Shown here one piece after another: positions 36,101 through 48,779 of a stretch of 64,000 nucleotides of DNA. The stretch spans positions 43,921,166 to 43,985,165 of the forward strand of contig NC_058135.1 in the NCBI RefSeq assembly GCF_016433145.1, written 5' to 3'. The notes beneath the pieces were generated by a model. It ran no database searches. It was given only the letters and a program-made list of their open reading frames with translations, and was not told where the DNA came from. The number at the start of each line of letters is the position of its first letter. The first letter of the stretch is position 1. The DNA is from Gracilinanus agilis (Eukaryota). The translations under genes were made by a program, and so were the position numbers.

Positions 36101-36347
36101 TGGGAGTGCCCTGAATTGGTTTAGTTGCCTCCTTGCCTGGGTTACCCACTGCAACTCATCAGCCAAGCACAGAGAATTCATGGCATTCTTTCCTGGCTGT
36201 TTTATACTGGGGTGACCAGGAAGTGATGCCAACAGCTCTGAACTTTCCCGTGAGGGAACTAAGGCTCAAAGACATTCTTAATGCCTTTTAAGGGAAGAGT
36301 AGCCTCTCTTATGTGGGGAGAAGAGTTAGTTTACTGCTACTGTCACA
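33128..36347 (-). mobile_element. Decayed LTR retroelement with two LTRs (33128-33424, 36014-36347) and Gypsy-gag-like internal remnant
   Basis: Diverged direct repeats, both TGAGACAC...TCACA. Purine tract aaaggacagtaggg abuts the left LTR on the minus strand. A 59-codon open stretch at 35606-35782 (-) has a gag-like motif. Confidence 0.65.
33463..33636. mobile_element. Old marsupial MITE-like fragment nested in the LTR element
   Basis: ccagattaaaatataattggaaaatgtttaac...aatttgtggtttcc...ttagacatca resembles a common marsupial DNA-transposon MITE recalled from memory. Termini are degraded. Confidence 0.4.
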
Positions 36348-36399
36348 CTAGCCTCAGTTCAGGCAAAAAAAAAAAAAGATGAGAATAATACAAAAATTT

Positions 36400-36640
36400 C
36401 ATATTTATATGGTACCTTCATTAATTTCTTTCAATCAAGTGACCACATTTGAGGTTTTCTTGGCAATTTCCTCCTCCACATCATTTTTAAAATGAGGAAA
36501 CTGAGGCACGCAAGGTTAAATGACTTTCCCAGGGTTACACAGACTGTCTGAGGCCAGATTTGAAGCTGAGAAGATGAATCTTCTTGATTCCAGTCCCAGC
36601 CTTTTATTCACTGTGACACCTAGCTGCCCCACTATGGTGC
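36400..36640 (-). mobile_element. MIR-type SINE
   Basis: aaatgaggaaactgaggca...aaggttaaatgactttcccagggttacacag...ggccagatttgaa. Confidence 0.65.
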
Positions 36641-37819
36641 CTTACAGTTTATAAAACATTGTATTCCCAGCCAATGCAAATAACATTATCATAGTTTTAC
36701 AAATGAGGAAATTGGGGTGCATAGAAATCAAGTGATTAGAAAGCCTAGGATTGCTTTTAATGCACTGAGCCCTGCACATCAGTCAAGTGACTGAATCCAG
36801 TGACTCCTTCCCTGACTGGAAAAGGGAGTCCAAAGGCAGAGTGATAGGAGGGGAGGAAGTGCATAAAGTATACATGTGTACTCTGCTCCCCATTCACATA
36901 CATTCTTCCTTTTAATAATTGCTATAATATTTAAGGATTTCCCTATCTCTAAGTAAGGACTACCTATTGTAGCAGTTTGAATGAGGGTGACTGTCTGTGA
37001 TTTTAGAATTTTAAAATGAAAAGACTCAGTTTCTCTTATCCATTTCAAATTTGGTGGCAAAGGCCTCTTTACATGAATTTGTTTTGGTGGTAAATCAGAG
37101 TCTAGCAGAGGAAGGAAAAGACTCCCTACCCCCACCCCCTCAAGAGTTTGGTGTCAGTGAAGGGAGAAGGGAGAAGATGCTATGGTCCTCCAAAAATGTC
37201 CAGATTAGAATAGTAGTGTGGCTAGCCCCTGACATAGCTTCCCAATCTTCTCCTTTGTACAAGAAAAATCCTCTCTCCAGTGTGTTTTAGGATTCCTTCT
37301 TTACTTGTCCAGGTCTCTGGAGGGGAGTGATTGGTGGAAAAGCCCTTTCCAGATCTACCATTTGGATTTTTAAACATTACTGTTAGTTAATGGAGCAAAA
37401 GAGAGAGAAGGGACTGTGGGGATATTCTCATGACTGATTTTTTTTAGCCTTTTTGCAGATAGAATTGAGCCTTTTTTTAAAGGCTTTGCCTTGGTTTTTG
37501 AGAAACTTTCTCCTGTACCAATAGTCATGAAGAATAAAGGTACCAAAGTTTATGTCCTGGATTTCTGATTTAACTCAGAACTCTCCTGAAACAGACTGTC
37601 ACTCAGAGGCCTTTTATTTAGTACCTCCTACATTAGGCTGTCTATGATCAATCATGTGGATCAGTAGGCAAGTGCTCTGACCTAAAACAGACCCTAACCC
37701 AGCCCCTCAGAACTTCTAGAACTTAAATCCAAGAGTATTGGAGGTCTGTTGTACTTACCTAATAGCTGATGTGGTCCTCAAGGAGCTGGACCTCCTATTG
37801 TATTTGTATTTATTTTTAT

Positions 37820-38125
37820 TCTTCCCAAAATTATTTAATTAAATTAGAATATTTTTCCATGGTTTGATTCTACTGGGTTTTACATGTATCATTTTTCAAA
37901 ACCTTTTTCCATATTATTAATATTTGCAATAGAGTGATCATTTAAAGTCAACATCCCCAATCATATATATATATATGTATGTATGTATATATACACCCAT
38001 CAAACCATGTGATCAATCATGTGGTTTTCTTCTGGGTTTCTACTCCCACAGTTTTTTCTCTGGATGTGGATAGCATTCCTTCTCATAAGTCCCTCAGAAT
38101 TGTCCTGGATCATTGCATTACTGCT
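37820..38125 (-). mobile_element. L1 3' end fragment
   Basis: Homologous to 29330-30260 but without the hAT insert; contains a (TA)n expansion. Confidence 0.8.
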
Positions 38126-38429
38126 ACCTACTGTATTTTTAACAAACGCTCCTTCATCCTAGATCTTTTCATCACCCATTCTTTTCAACTTTTATTACTC
38201 ACAAAATATGGCTCTTTCTAAAAGACATTTCTTTCCTCCATACCCTCCTGAATGCAAACTGCTCTTTCTGATGTCTCCTAAACACTGTAGGCTAGGAAGA
38301 ATCAGCCTGGTCTGAGACATAATATTATGGCTTTCAGTTACTCAGGGAGTCTCCCAACAAGTTCAGTGTTGTTTTCTCCACCTACACTTTCTCTCTCACT
38401 CACAGGGATTGAAATAAATAAAATACTCT

Positions 38430-39970
38430 CATGTCTTTAAGGAAGACAGGACCCTTCTCTGTTTTAGGGCTAATCTTCATTGTGTCCTTGAGCTCATCTC
38501 CTGAAACAAATTGCCCCCTTGATCATTCCTTTTCTCATCTTTAGTCTCTCCCTAGCCACTGGTTCCTTTCATACTGCCCATAAATATGGACTCATCCTTT
38601 TAAAAAAATCCTTTAATTGAGGACCCCCAGATCCTTTCAAGCCATCGACTCTGTCTTTTCTCAAACTGCCAAGAAAGAGTTATCTAATTTTTCTTACCTC
38701 CTTCTTACCACTCACCTCTTAATCCTTATGATTAATCAGACTTCTGACCACACAACTCCTCTGAAACTGCTCCAAACCCAAGCTTGCATCTGTTCTCATC
38801 CTTCTGTCAAAATACATAATTAAAGTTACCAGTTGTCTCTTGGTTGCTGTGACCAAGTACATTTTCTTAGCCTTCAAGCTCCTTGATCTTTTTGAAGCAA
38901 TTCTTCCTGTTGGTCATCTCTTCCTGAAAAATCTCTCATCTCTTAGCTTCTATGATGCAAATTTCATCCGACTGTTACTTTTCCTCCACTTTTGTTTATC
39001 ACCCATTTTATGATCTCCTCAAGACTGTTCTTTCTGCTTTTTCTTGTGATCTTCTCTGGTCCCCTGGACTTAATTATGGTTTCTGTACAAAATACTTCAA
39101 AACTTATATATCTAGCCATCAGCTTCTCTGGAGACTGGAGAACTGAACTCCCACATCTACCAGCAACCTCTTGAATAGCTTCCCACAGCCTCTCAAACTG
39201 AACATGACAGAAATGAAACTCATTGTTGTTCTTCTTCAACTTCCTCTGTTTCTCAGTTTCTGTCGAGGACTCGGTTATCCTCTAGTTACCCATTTTTTAT
39301 GACCTTGGAGGCATTCTTGATTCTTCCAGCTCTTTCAGCCCAATATCCAGTCAGATGCCAAGTCTTGTTTCTTGTACCTATTCAGCACCTCTAGCAGCCA
39401 TACCTTTTTATCTACTCATTTAGCAGTTGGACCTCCCTGCTTCATTCCTTTCCTCTCTCTAATCCATTACATACACAACTGCTAAAACAATCTTCCTAAG
39501 TCTTGATGATGTCATACTCTTGCTCAAGAACCTTTAATCACTCCATATTGCCTCTAGGATAAAATACACATCTGGCATCTCAGGACCACCACTGTTTGGC
39601 CCCACCCTACCTTTCCAACATTTTCTTATATATTTACACACATGCATTCCACATTCCAGCTGAACTGGGTGAACTACTAGTTTCTAGAACTTAATATTCA
39701 GATTCCTATATGTACAAGCTATCACCCATTCCTAGAATGTACTTTGGTTTCATCTCTACTTCTCAGTATATTTTTTTTCTTTTCTAATGTCAGACATTTC
39801 CTTTGTGCCTTCTCTGATCCCCTAGTTGTTAATTCACTCTCCATCCTCAAATCTATTTGTATTTACTCATCTCTTTACATAATTTATATCTACCTCAATA
39901 GATTAAAAGCTCCTTTGGGGAAGGAACTGTTTTTCTCTCCTGGTGCCTAGAACATGTACTAAGAATTAAA
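38430..39970 (+). mobile_element. L2 LINE fragment (RT region to 3' end)
   Basis: Pyrimidine-rich L2 sense motifs, e.g. cctctcaaactgaacatgacagaaatgaaactcatt. Confidence 0.7.
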
Positions 39971-40029
39971 TTCTTGAATTAAATTGTTGAATTAAAATGG
40001 AAAAATAAAGTGCATAAAGTCAATCTGCT

Positions 40030-41170
40030 TTGACTGCTTTGAGTGAAATAGTATGATAGGACTGCAAAGGAAGAATGAAGACAGACTATATAGGCCTTGA
40101 TTATTAAACCAAGAAGTTTGCATTTGTATTCATCAGACAATGGAGGACCTATTTAAAGTTTTTGACTTAGTAATATCATTCAGATGTTCTTTGATAAATT
40201 AATGAAAGCTGTGGGTCAGAAAAGACAAGAAATTGGAGTCAAGGGGAGCAGTTACTCCAATAATCAGAATTGGTGAAGATACTAGACTAGTGTGGTGTTT
40301 GTGGAAGCTTGAAGGAGAGTAGAGACATAATAGGGACACTTGGCAGGACCTGGGGACGACTAATTTATATGTGAGCAGAGGGTTAGGGTATAGTCAAGAA
40401 TTCTAATCTGAGAGTGGAGAATTGTGCTACCATTAACAGAAGTGGGAATTCAAGAGAAAAAAACAGATTTTACAGATAGGAAGATAACAAATTCAGTATG
40501 TTGAGTTTGAGGTGTCAGCGGGACATCCAGATAAAGGGGTCATCTGAAAGGCATTTGGGAAAACAGATCTGGAGATCAGTAGAGAAGAGTTTGGCCAGAT
40601 AAGCTTGAGAGACATTCCCGTGGAGGTAAGTTTTGAAATCTTGGGAGTCATTGATGGGATGCTAATAATTGATAAGCACCAACCTTAAGACAATGGCCAA
40701 ATAAAGAGCTGCCAGAGACAAGGGTAAATAAGAGACAGAAGGACTCGGGCATCCTGTAGGAGGCAGCATGAGACAGTGGAAGAATTCAGAGGACTTGGAT
40801 TTAGATTTTTCCGCTGAGGTTAATTACCCATCTTTTTAGCCCTACATTTCAGTTTCTTCATCTGTAAAATGAAGGGGTTTGCTTCTTGTAAAATGAAGCT
40901 CTGGTTGCTTCTAGGTTCAGAGCTGTGATCTTATGGCACAGCAGCCAGGGAAATAGCATCAAGAATGAGAAGATGGTCAAAGATAGTGAGACCTGAAAAA
41001 AGGCTATTGAATCTCACAATTAGAAGGTCCCTGGTGGCCTTCTGAAAGACTGGTTTTAGAAGAGTCAGAGAATTGGAAGCCTAATTAGGAGGTGCTGAGG
41101 AGTCAATAGGACTGAGAAAGGAATAGAAAAGAATAGAGCTGTTCTTTCTAGAAACCTGGATGAGAAAGGA
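40030..41170 (-). mobile_element. L2 LINE fragment, antisense
   Basis: Purine-rich antisense L2 motifs (ttcagtatgttgagtttgaggtgtc; agaaggtccctggtggccttct). Confidence 0.6.
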
Positions 41171-42725
41171 GAATCAAAGGGTTTTGCATGTAACTTATCT
41201 AGCCTTTGAGGCTAGACCCCTGAGGCCATCCATCTAGCTCAACTCCCTCCTTTTGGTCAAGGCCTAGAGAGCTTAAGTGATTTGTCTGAAGTCATACAGA
41301 TAGTGTCAGAACCAGGATTCCACTATGACTCTTAAGTTTATTGACCTTTACATTGTACCATAGACCTAGAGAGTTAAGAGGCTGAAACAGAAGTTGTTTC
41401 CACAAGGTAGGTAGTTATTCCTTGAGTTGCCTCCTTTTTATTTTGAATATGTCCATTCATGCATGCCTCATTGCTGAATTTACTGCCTCTCTTCTAAATA
41501 TCAAGTGGGTAAAATATATCTAACATAAACAAAGGCTTCTGCTTTTGACAGGTCCCTGAATGCGGGAGTTGCTTTTGGTCAAAATGATGGTGATTTTTAT
41601 TTTAAACTTTTAGATAATTAAAGGGAGTCTGTGTTGTCAAATCACTTTGGATGATGCTAAAAAAAGTTACTGTAAAATAAAATTGTAATTACAATGTTTT
41701 AAGGTAAAAAAGGATTATGTAAAGAAAATGCAAAGTTGCATATTCCCAGAAACCAGATTTTTTTCCTTCAAAAAATGCTTATTTTTAATTCAGTCCTCAA
41801 CTCATATTATAAATGAAGCTAAAGGGCTGCTGAAAATCTAGTGACATTTTTTCAAATGTCAGGATGTCCTGGCTGTGTTCCATGCTGATCATATCATTCT
41901 GCCCACCTGAGTTTCCCCTGAAGGATCAGTTGGAGATGAAATCCTTTAACTCCTGTATTAAATAACAGTACATTGTAGCTCAGTGCTGTTAGACACAAGC
42001 TAAGTACAATCCCTGGAGCGATTATGAAGTTTTTTATGTTGATTTCAGTTTGATAAATGTTTTGGGCACTGGGATATATATTAGAAATGTAAGAATGCAA
42101 GGATGTTAATGCCATGTTTTGATAGACGAGTGAAAGCCCATAACTGGATACAAGACTACTTTAGCCATGTCAGAATTGATTTCATGCTTCTGAAATTCAT
42201 TTCATTTGAGGAATTGCCAGGAGCAGAATAACAGTAGACAATATGTAGGCTTCAATCATCCTTATCCGGAACAAACCATCTCCTTTGGAAGAATCATGGT
42301 CCTTGCAGAGTTTAAACCGGGTTGGGGGGTGAGGGGTTGGAAAAGGTCCCCTTTCCACCTTTGCTCCCCCCCCCCAATCTTGTTAAATTAAGAGGTATCC
42401 TACCCATACAATACTATAGAGCTAGTTTTCATCATACTGGCACATTTCTGCCCAATCCTTCAGCTTACTAAAAGCAGTGGAATAATGGTTTAATTGACCT
42501 GTTCTAAAGCAGTCAGTTTCTGCTAGCTGTTCCTCATACCTGGAAAGCACTCCCTTTTTAACCCCACCATTTAGAGAACTTTGGCTTCCTCAGCACTCAG
42601 TTGAAAGGTCTCCTGCTGCAAGAGCCTTTTCTTGAGCCTTTCTCTCCATTTCTACCCTGATTCCTGAACTATAGTGCTTCCCCTCTTCCTACCAGGTTAT
42701 CCTATTACTTTTCTGTATGAATGCA

Positions 42726-42768
42726 TGTGTGTGTGTGTGTGTGTGTGTGTCTGTCTGTCTGTCTGTCT
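42726..42768. repeat. (TG)n-(CTGT)n compound microsatellite
   Basis: Seen directly. Confidence 0.9.
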
Positions 42769-43408
42769 TTTATGTACATGGTGCCCCATTAGAGTATAAG
42801 TTCCTTGAGGGCAGGGATTACGTTTGTTCCTTCTTAGTATCCTCAGTGCTTAGAGCCTTGGCATCTGGTAAGCCCTTAATAATGCTGGTGATTCATTGTC
42901 CAACATCACCTTTTAAGATGTGCTAGAGCTATATCTTCTTTCCCTTGACCTTCTGCCATGCAAAAATAGGCTCCCAGAAGGTAAGGGGGGGAGTCAGAAT
43001 CCATATAAGCATGCCCCAGCAGGCCTGCCCAATGAGAACGATACTGGAGTTAAGAGTTTTAGCAAAGCAAAAAGAAGTCTGGCACAGCTTATTTTTTCTT
43101 CTTTGACGGAAGGAAGGCCTTGAAAGTCTGAATGTATAACCTGATGATTTCACTGTTGCTGTGGCTACCTATACATTATTGACTATTGAAATTTAAAGCC
43201 TTGAAGATGATAATTTTGGTCAGTACATTTTTTCCTAAAGCCTCAGACATCTTCCCTTTCACTTGGGCAGCATTAAGTATTAGACTGAATTGTTCCTGTC
43301 TTTTAAAGAGCATGACTCATAGCACAGAATGACCTAGGAATGAATGAAATTGAAAACCATTTCAGAACTTTGCTTGCTTATTGTATTTCCAATTCTCTTC
43401 TTTTGCAG

Positions 43409-43534
43409 AGTCGAGTAAAGAACAGTTTGCGTATACAAATGTTGCAGAAGAGTTGGTAAAACTCTTCAAGAAGCAGATGGAACATGATAAAAAGGAGATG
43501 ATTTTTGAAGTTTTGGCTCCTCTAGCAGAAAATG
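43409..43534 (+). CDS. RAP1GDS1: RAP1GDS1 exon 7 (126 nt)
   Basis: cttcttttgcag|AGTCG...GAAAATG|gtgagg. Translates ESSKEQFAYTNVAEELVKLFKKQMEHDKKEMIFEVLAPLAEN. Confidence 0.97.
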
Positions 43535-44217
43535 GTGAGGAAATAAATGGACCTTACTTGGGCATTGTGTCTTTTTCAGCTTCTGCTAACCTCTGATTGA
43601 GTTGCCAGCTATTTAATGCTTTCTATTCTATATTAATAGCCTGATTTATTTCCCACTTACCATTTTACTATCATTTTAGAGTTAGAAAGTGATGTTAGGC
43701 ACAATTGAGTTCAAACCCTCATTTTTTAGATCAGTCATCTGGGGGTTGCAGTGGTTAGCCAAATTGTCTAAAGTAGGATTTGACCCCAGGTTCTCTGATA
43801 CCAAATCTAAGTCTTTTTCTACTCTCTTTACCACATGACCTTTTCCTCTGGGGCAGTCCTTATTAGCTATTCTAGAGCTCTCTGTACACTGAATGAATAG
43901 AACAGACAATTAAGCCATTTTCCACCAGCCATTTGGTTCATCCATGTATCTTTCAGTCCATGCCGGAGCAGATCTATTCTTTTCATAGTCATGTTGTAAA
44001 TGCTTGATGTTAGAGAGAGTAAGAATACATAAGGACATTCAGACCTGGAAGGGACCTTAGATTTAATCTGATCCAAAGCCCTCATTTTATAGATGAGGAG
44101 GCTTAGACCCAGAGAGATTAAGTAACCTACCCAAGGTTGAGCCATCAGGTTAAACACTTTTAGTTTCTCTGTAACTGTTGGTCCTCTAGTAGCATATAAG
44201 CTCCATAAGGCAGAGAC

Positions 44218-44256
<39 letters not shown>

Positions 44257-45899
44257 TTTCCTAGCACTTAGCAGAATCCCCTGTATATAACAGGCAAATA
44301 TTTAGTGAATTAAACTTGTGACTAGGGGTTCTTCCTTGTGGTTATTTCCGAATTGTATTCATTAAAAATATTCTGAACTCTTCTATTCACATTATTCATA
44401 TATTCATATATGAACATATATTCACATATATATTCACATACTCAAAAAATTTGCTTTGATAATACAGAATAGATTAGCTAATGTGAATATTTGGACCCTT
44501 TCAATCCTAAAATGACTCTTTGTCATTCAGTGAAAATTAGTTTCTGTATTAGGTTTGACCCATACACCTTAAGGATAGATACAAGAAAGCAACACTTGCC
44601 AAGAAAAATGCTCTTTCCTCAAAAAAGACCTCTGAAATGTTTGTCAGGACTAAAATTCCTGAATGAGATTAAGTATGATAAATTTCACTAGATTATGTTC
44701 CACTACCACAATTCCTTACTCATCCCATCACTCATAATCAAATCAAGTTTTTCCATATTACTTAAAGAAAAAAAAAGCGAGACACAATAATATTTTTTGT
44801 CTCAAAACTTTTTTCTTTTTTACTAAGTGCTAATGATAAAACTGACTTTGTCCTGAAGTTGAATTCAGTATACCAATAATACATCTAACATTCCCTAGAA
44901 TATTTCAGAATCATGACATTTTCACTTCTTTGTTATTTTTTCCTGACCTGTTTCACAGCTTTGCAATGGGCTGCAGCCTTGGTGAACTTATTAGGAATCC
45001 TGCCTAAATATATAGGCACCTAGAACGCATTACTCCTTGTGTTCTTTGATGTCCAAATATGGCAGAAAGTGGTGCAACCACCATTCTAAAAAATAGTGTG
45101 TACAACCTGTGTAGTTGAGATTTAATTTTGAAAGGGCCTCCTCCATCACAATTTTTAATTCAAGTCAGAGCACATTTGCAGTCCAGTATTCTGTAACCAA
45201 GGAAACGCCCTACTTTCAGTGTCACACAGTGCAAATGCACCTATTTAAAAATTATTCTGGTTGAACATTCTCAGTTCTCTTAGATGAACTTTCTGGGGCC
45301 AGTTATTTAGGGGCAGGAAAAAGCAGACATTTTGTACTAGCAACTAACCAAGTAGGTGACCAGGAAAAGCATTTACTCCCTCTTTGTGATTTTCCTTATG
45401 GCAGGGAAGACAATGATAAGGTGGGAGATCAGAATTGCTCAGCACAATGAAATAGCTCTGTTTATTCCTTCTAAAGGCCTGCCTACCCATCGAATTCCAG
45501 TTATGTGAGAAACTTAGCAAAACCAACAAAAATGCTGAGGTTTCTTTTGAAGGATGTGATAAAGGTGAATTGTAGGTTGTATGAATTCACTTAGAATGAT
45601 AGACAGGCCTGTAGGATTAATAGCATTCATTTCAACAAATATTTATTAAGTGCTGACTTTATGCTGAAGCAAAGGATTTTAAAGATTGAAAAGGGCAAAA
45701 TGTCTGAGCTCCAGGAGCTTACTGCCTTCTTAGGGGTGGGAGGAAGGATTCAGTAAGTTTAATTCAGCTCTTTTTATTAAATCATCCACTGTGTACAAGG
45801 CAGAAATGGAAAATAGTTCATACCCTCAAGGAAGTTACAGTCTACTGAGAGTATAAATGGATAAGTGCAAGATAATTGAGAGGCACCTGCTCTGAGATA

Positions 45900-46870
45900 C
45901 CGAATGTTGAAAAGAGAATTTTGACCATAATTTCCCACAATTTCCTTCTGCCTTTCCTTCCAATCCCACTCAAAGCCTATCCTGAACAACTGGATGACAA
46001 AGACCTGCGATTATGGAATCATCCTTTACCCCTTACTTTCCCCCACCCTGACTTCAAGCCTCCCTGAATGATCCCTGAAAGCACTGACCACTTCCCCTAG
46101 ACTAGGACCACCCATTCAGTTTCACGCAGTCTACTTTTACCTTAAATGTGACCTTTCTTCCTTTGATTCCTCCTAATCCTCCCTTGTTTTGACTTCATTT
46201 ACTTTCCTGCCTGGTCTTTATCCTATTGTCAAAACTCAAAATAATGTCCTGAATTCTGTGCTGGGATTCCTTTGTCCTGTGTCTGTATCTTTATAGGTAA
46301 TTCTTGTCAGACACCTTCTTCATAACTGAATAAAACAGATCAGGAATATTAATTACTTAGCATGCTAACAATGAATGCTATTGAATATCCACTGGGTACT
46401 CACTGCTGTGTAGTAGTCCCTTTATTTCTGTCTCACACAACATGCCCTATCATAGCTATTCTAAACTGTCTGCTCTCTCTCAATCCCCTTACTTCACTCC
46501 CCCACCTCCCAACTGATAACTTTGCCTCATATTTTTCTAACAAGCCATTCAATAATTGACTCCCTCAGCTTCCCCTCCTCCACCTCTCAGGGTTCTAGTC
46601 TCAGAAAAAAGAACTGAGGTTTTCTTCCTTCCCAAAGCTGCATTCTCTTCCTATACCCTTGATTTTCTTCTCTCTGACTTTCCTCCATCAATCATCCTCT
46701 CCTCTACTTTAATTCTATCCCTCTTAACTGGCTCTCTTAGCCTGCAAACATACCTCGGTTTTCCCTGAACTCAATTTAAAAAGACTACTTTCTTTTAGCC
46801 TTGCTACTTCCCCAAGATATTATTCCCTCTCCCTTTTTGTTCACTGCTCAACTTGTTTTGGATGGCACTA
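45900..46870 (+). mobile_element. L2 LINE fragment
   Basis: L2-like pyrimidine-rich ORF2 decay (ataactttgcctcatattttt; aaagctgcattctcttcctatacccttgat). Confidence 0.55.
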
Positions 46871-46914
46871 TTACTCACCATCATATTCAAATACTATTAA
46901 TCCTTTGAATCACA

Positions 46915-47330
46915 GAATTTTGAGAATTGGAAGAGACTTCATTGACTGTTGAGTTCAGACCACTTACAAAGTACTCCCTACTGTAATTTATCTGAAAAGT
47001 GGTTGCCTGGCTTCAGTTTGAAGACTTCCAAGATGGAGAAACCCAACACTTCCCAAAGCAGCCCATTCCTATTTTGGATAGTTCCAATCATTAGTTGTTA
47101 GGAATTTTTTCCTGACATTAAGCCTGGATTGGCCACTTTGTAATTTCTGCGTATTCTTCCTGATTCTACCCTGTGGAGCCAAATAGAATGAATCTAAATT
47201 TCTCAATTCACAGTCATTCCAATACCTGAAGACAGCATCATTTCTGCCCATGAGTTTTCTTTTGTCTGGGATACACATCTCCTATGTTCTCAACTGTTAT
47301 AGATCTCTGATTTTGTTGTAACTCTTCAGT
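46915..47330 (-). mobile_element. CR1/L3 3' fragment
   Basis: aatcacagaattttgagaattggaagagacttc...gaagacttccaagatggagaaacc, the antisense CR1/L3 3' end pattern. Confidence 0.6.
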
Positions 47331-48779
47331 ACTGCCTATGGGCAGTGGGTCTACTCCATGTGTTGGAGATGTTCCCCCGTTTTTCCTCACACCACTAGGG
47401 AACATATCACCAGTAAACCATATGGGCTGTCCATTATTTATCCCTCTTCTTCCCTCTTAAATATATGACAAGCAGGCCCATGTATTTTCATTGCTAGATT
47501 TCCTTAATGTCATCTTTTACATCAGATTTCCTTTAAAATCATTTGTTTTCAATGTGTTGCAGCCTATTCATAGTCACCATGTGCTGCTTCATTGCTGACT
47601 AGCTAGAGATACTCATTTTCAGTGTTTCTGATAATTCAGAGCCTCCTGTCATGGACTACTACAATATGAGTATTGAAAAGATGGGCTTTTGTTCTGGGGA
47701 GAAGTTTAGAGTCATTTAAAGATATTTAAAATTTCCTTTATTTTTAATTCAGACACTTTGCTGAGCATTAGAGATAGAAATAAGAAAAAGGAAAACAATC
47801 ACTGCCTGCCCTCAAAGAGATTATAATCAAATGGCAAAGACAACCCATAAAAGGGAGCTGAGAAGAGCCACTGAAGGAAATGGAATAGTTCTTCTTTAAG
47901 ACAACCATCCATTTTCTCCAGTTCATTGTAATATCTGTCCAGACTCCTTAGGCCAAACTCTTGAGAGCTTATAGATCCTCATCTAAGGTACTGCAGCATT
48001 CTTAGGCTTGATGCAGCCAGCATGGCACCATCTGCAAACAGGTCTCTGGAGGACTTGGCCATCCTCCTCCCTAACCTTCCATATATAGTCAGCTAGTAAG
48101 TCCTGTTGATTTTTCCTTTTTTCCTTGATAGATTTCACACCCAGGCTCTCGATCTCATCATGTGGCATGTTATATTTTCACAATCCAGAAAAATGAATCT
48201 CTCTCTCTTTCTCTCTCTCTCTCTCCTTCCCTCCCCCCTCCATTTATTAGAACATTGACAATTCATTACTTTTCATTAAAAGGGTCAACTGTTTTTCTGT
48301 CATTAGCTGGTCTTGTCTTTTCCTTCTCTCTCCATCCCCTCCCTTCCCTACCTCCCCCAACATTCTTAGCAAAGATTGTTTGAAATTCTCATTTTGGATT
48401 TTTTTCTTCTGTTTGGGAAGTCAAACTTCTCTATGTTATAATCTACTATGAATGTGATATCATTTTGTACCTTATGATCTATGAACTTGTAAACCTTTGG
48501 TATGATGTGATTTGAAATGGAATTGGAAAGGTAAGCAGCCATTTTGTATCATAAGGCATATAGTACTTTAAATAGAAATTAGATTTCTTATCTTTGAAGT
48601 ACCTTGAACTGTTTATTACTCAGAACATGGCTCAGTAGCCCACATATTTCATTTTGTTCCACCTTTTATCAGAAGACAAAAACAGGGTAATCTTCCCCCC
48701 CACCTCCCATGAGTAAAATAAAATTGCCTTACCTTGTTTAGAGGCAAATTCCTTTTAAAAAAAAAAAAAAAAAACCTCC

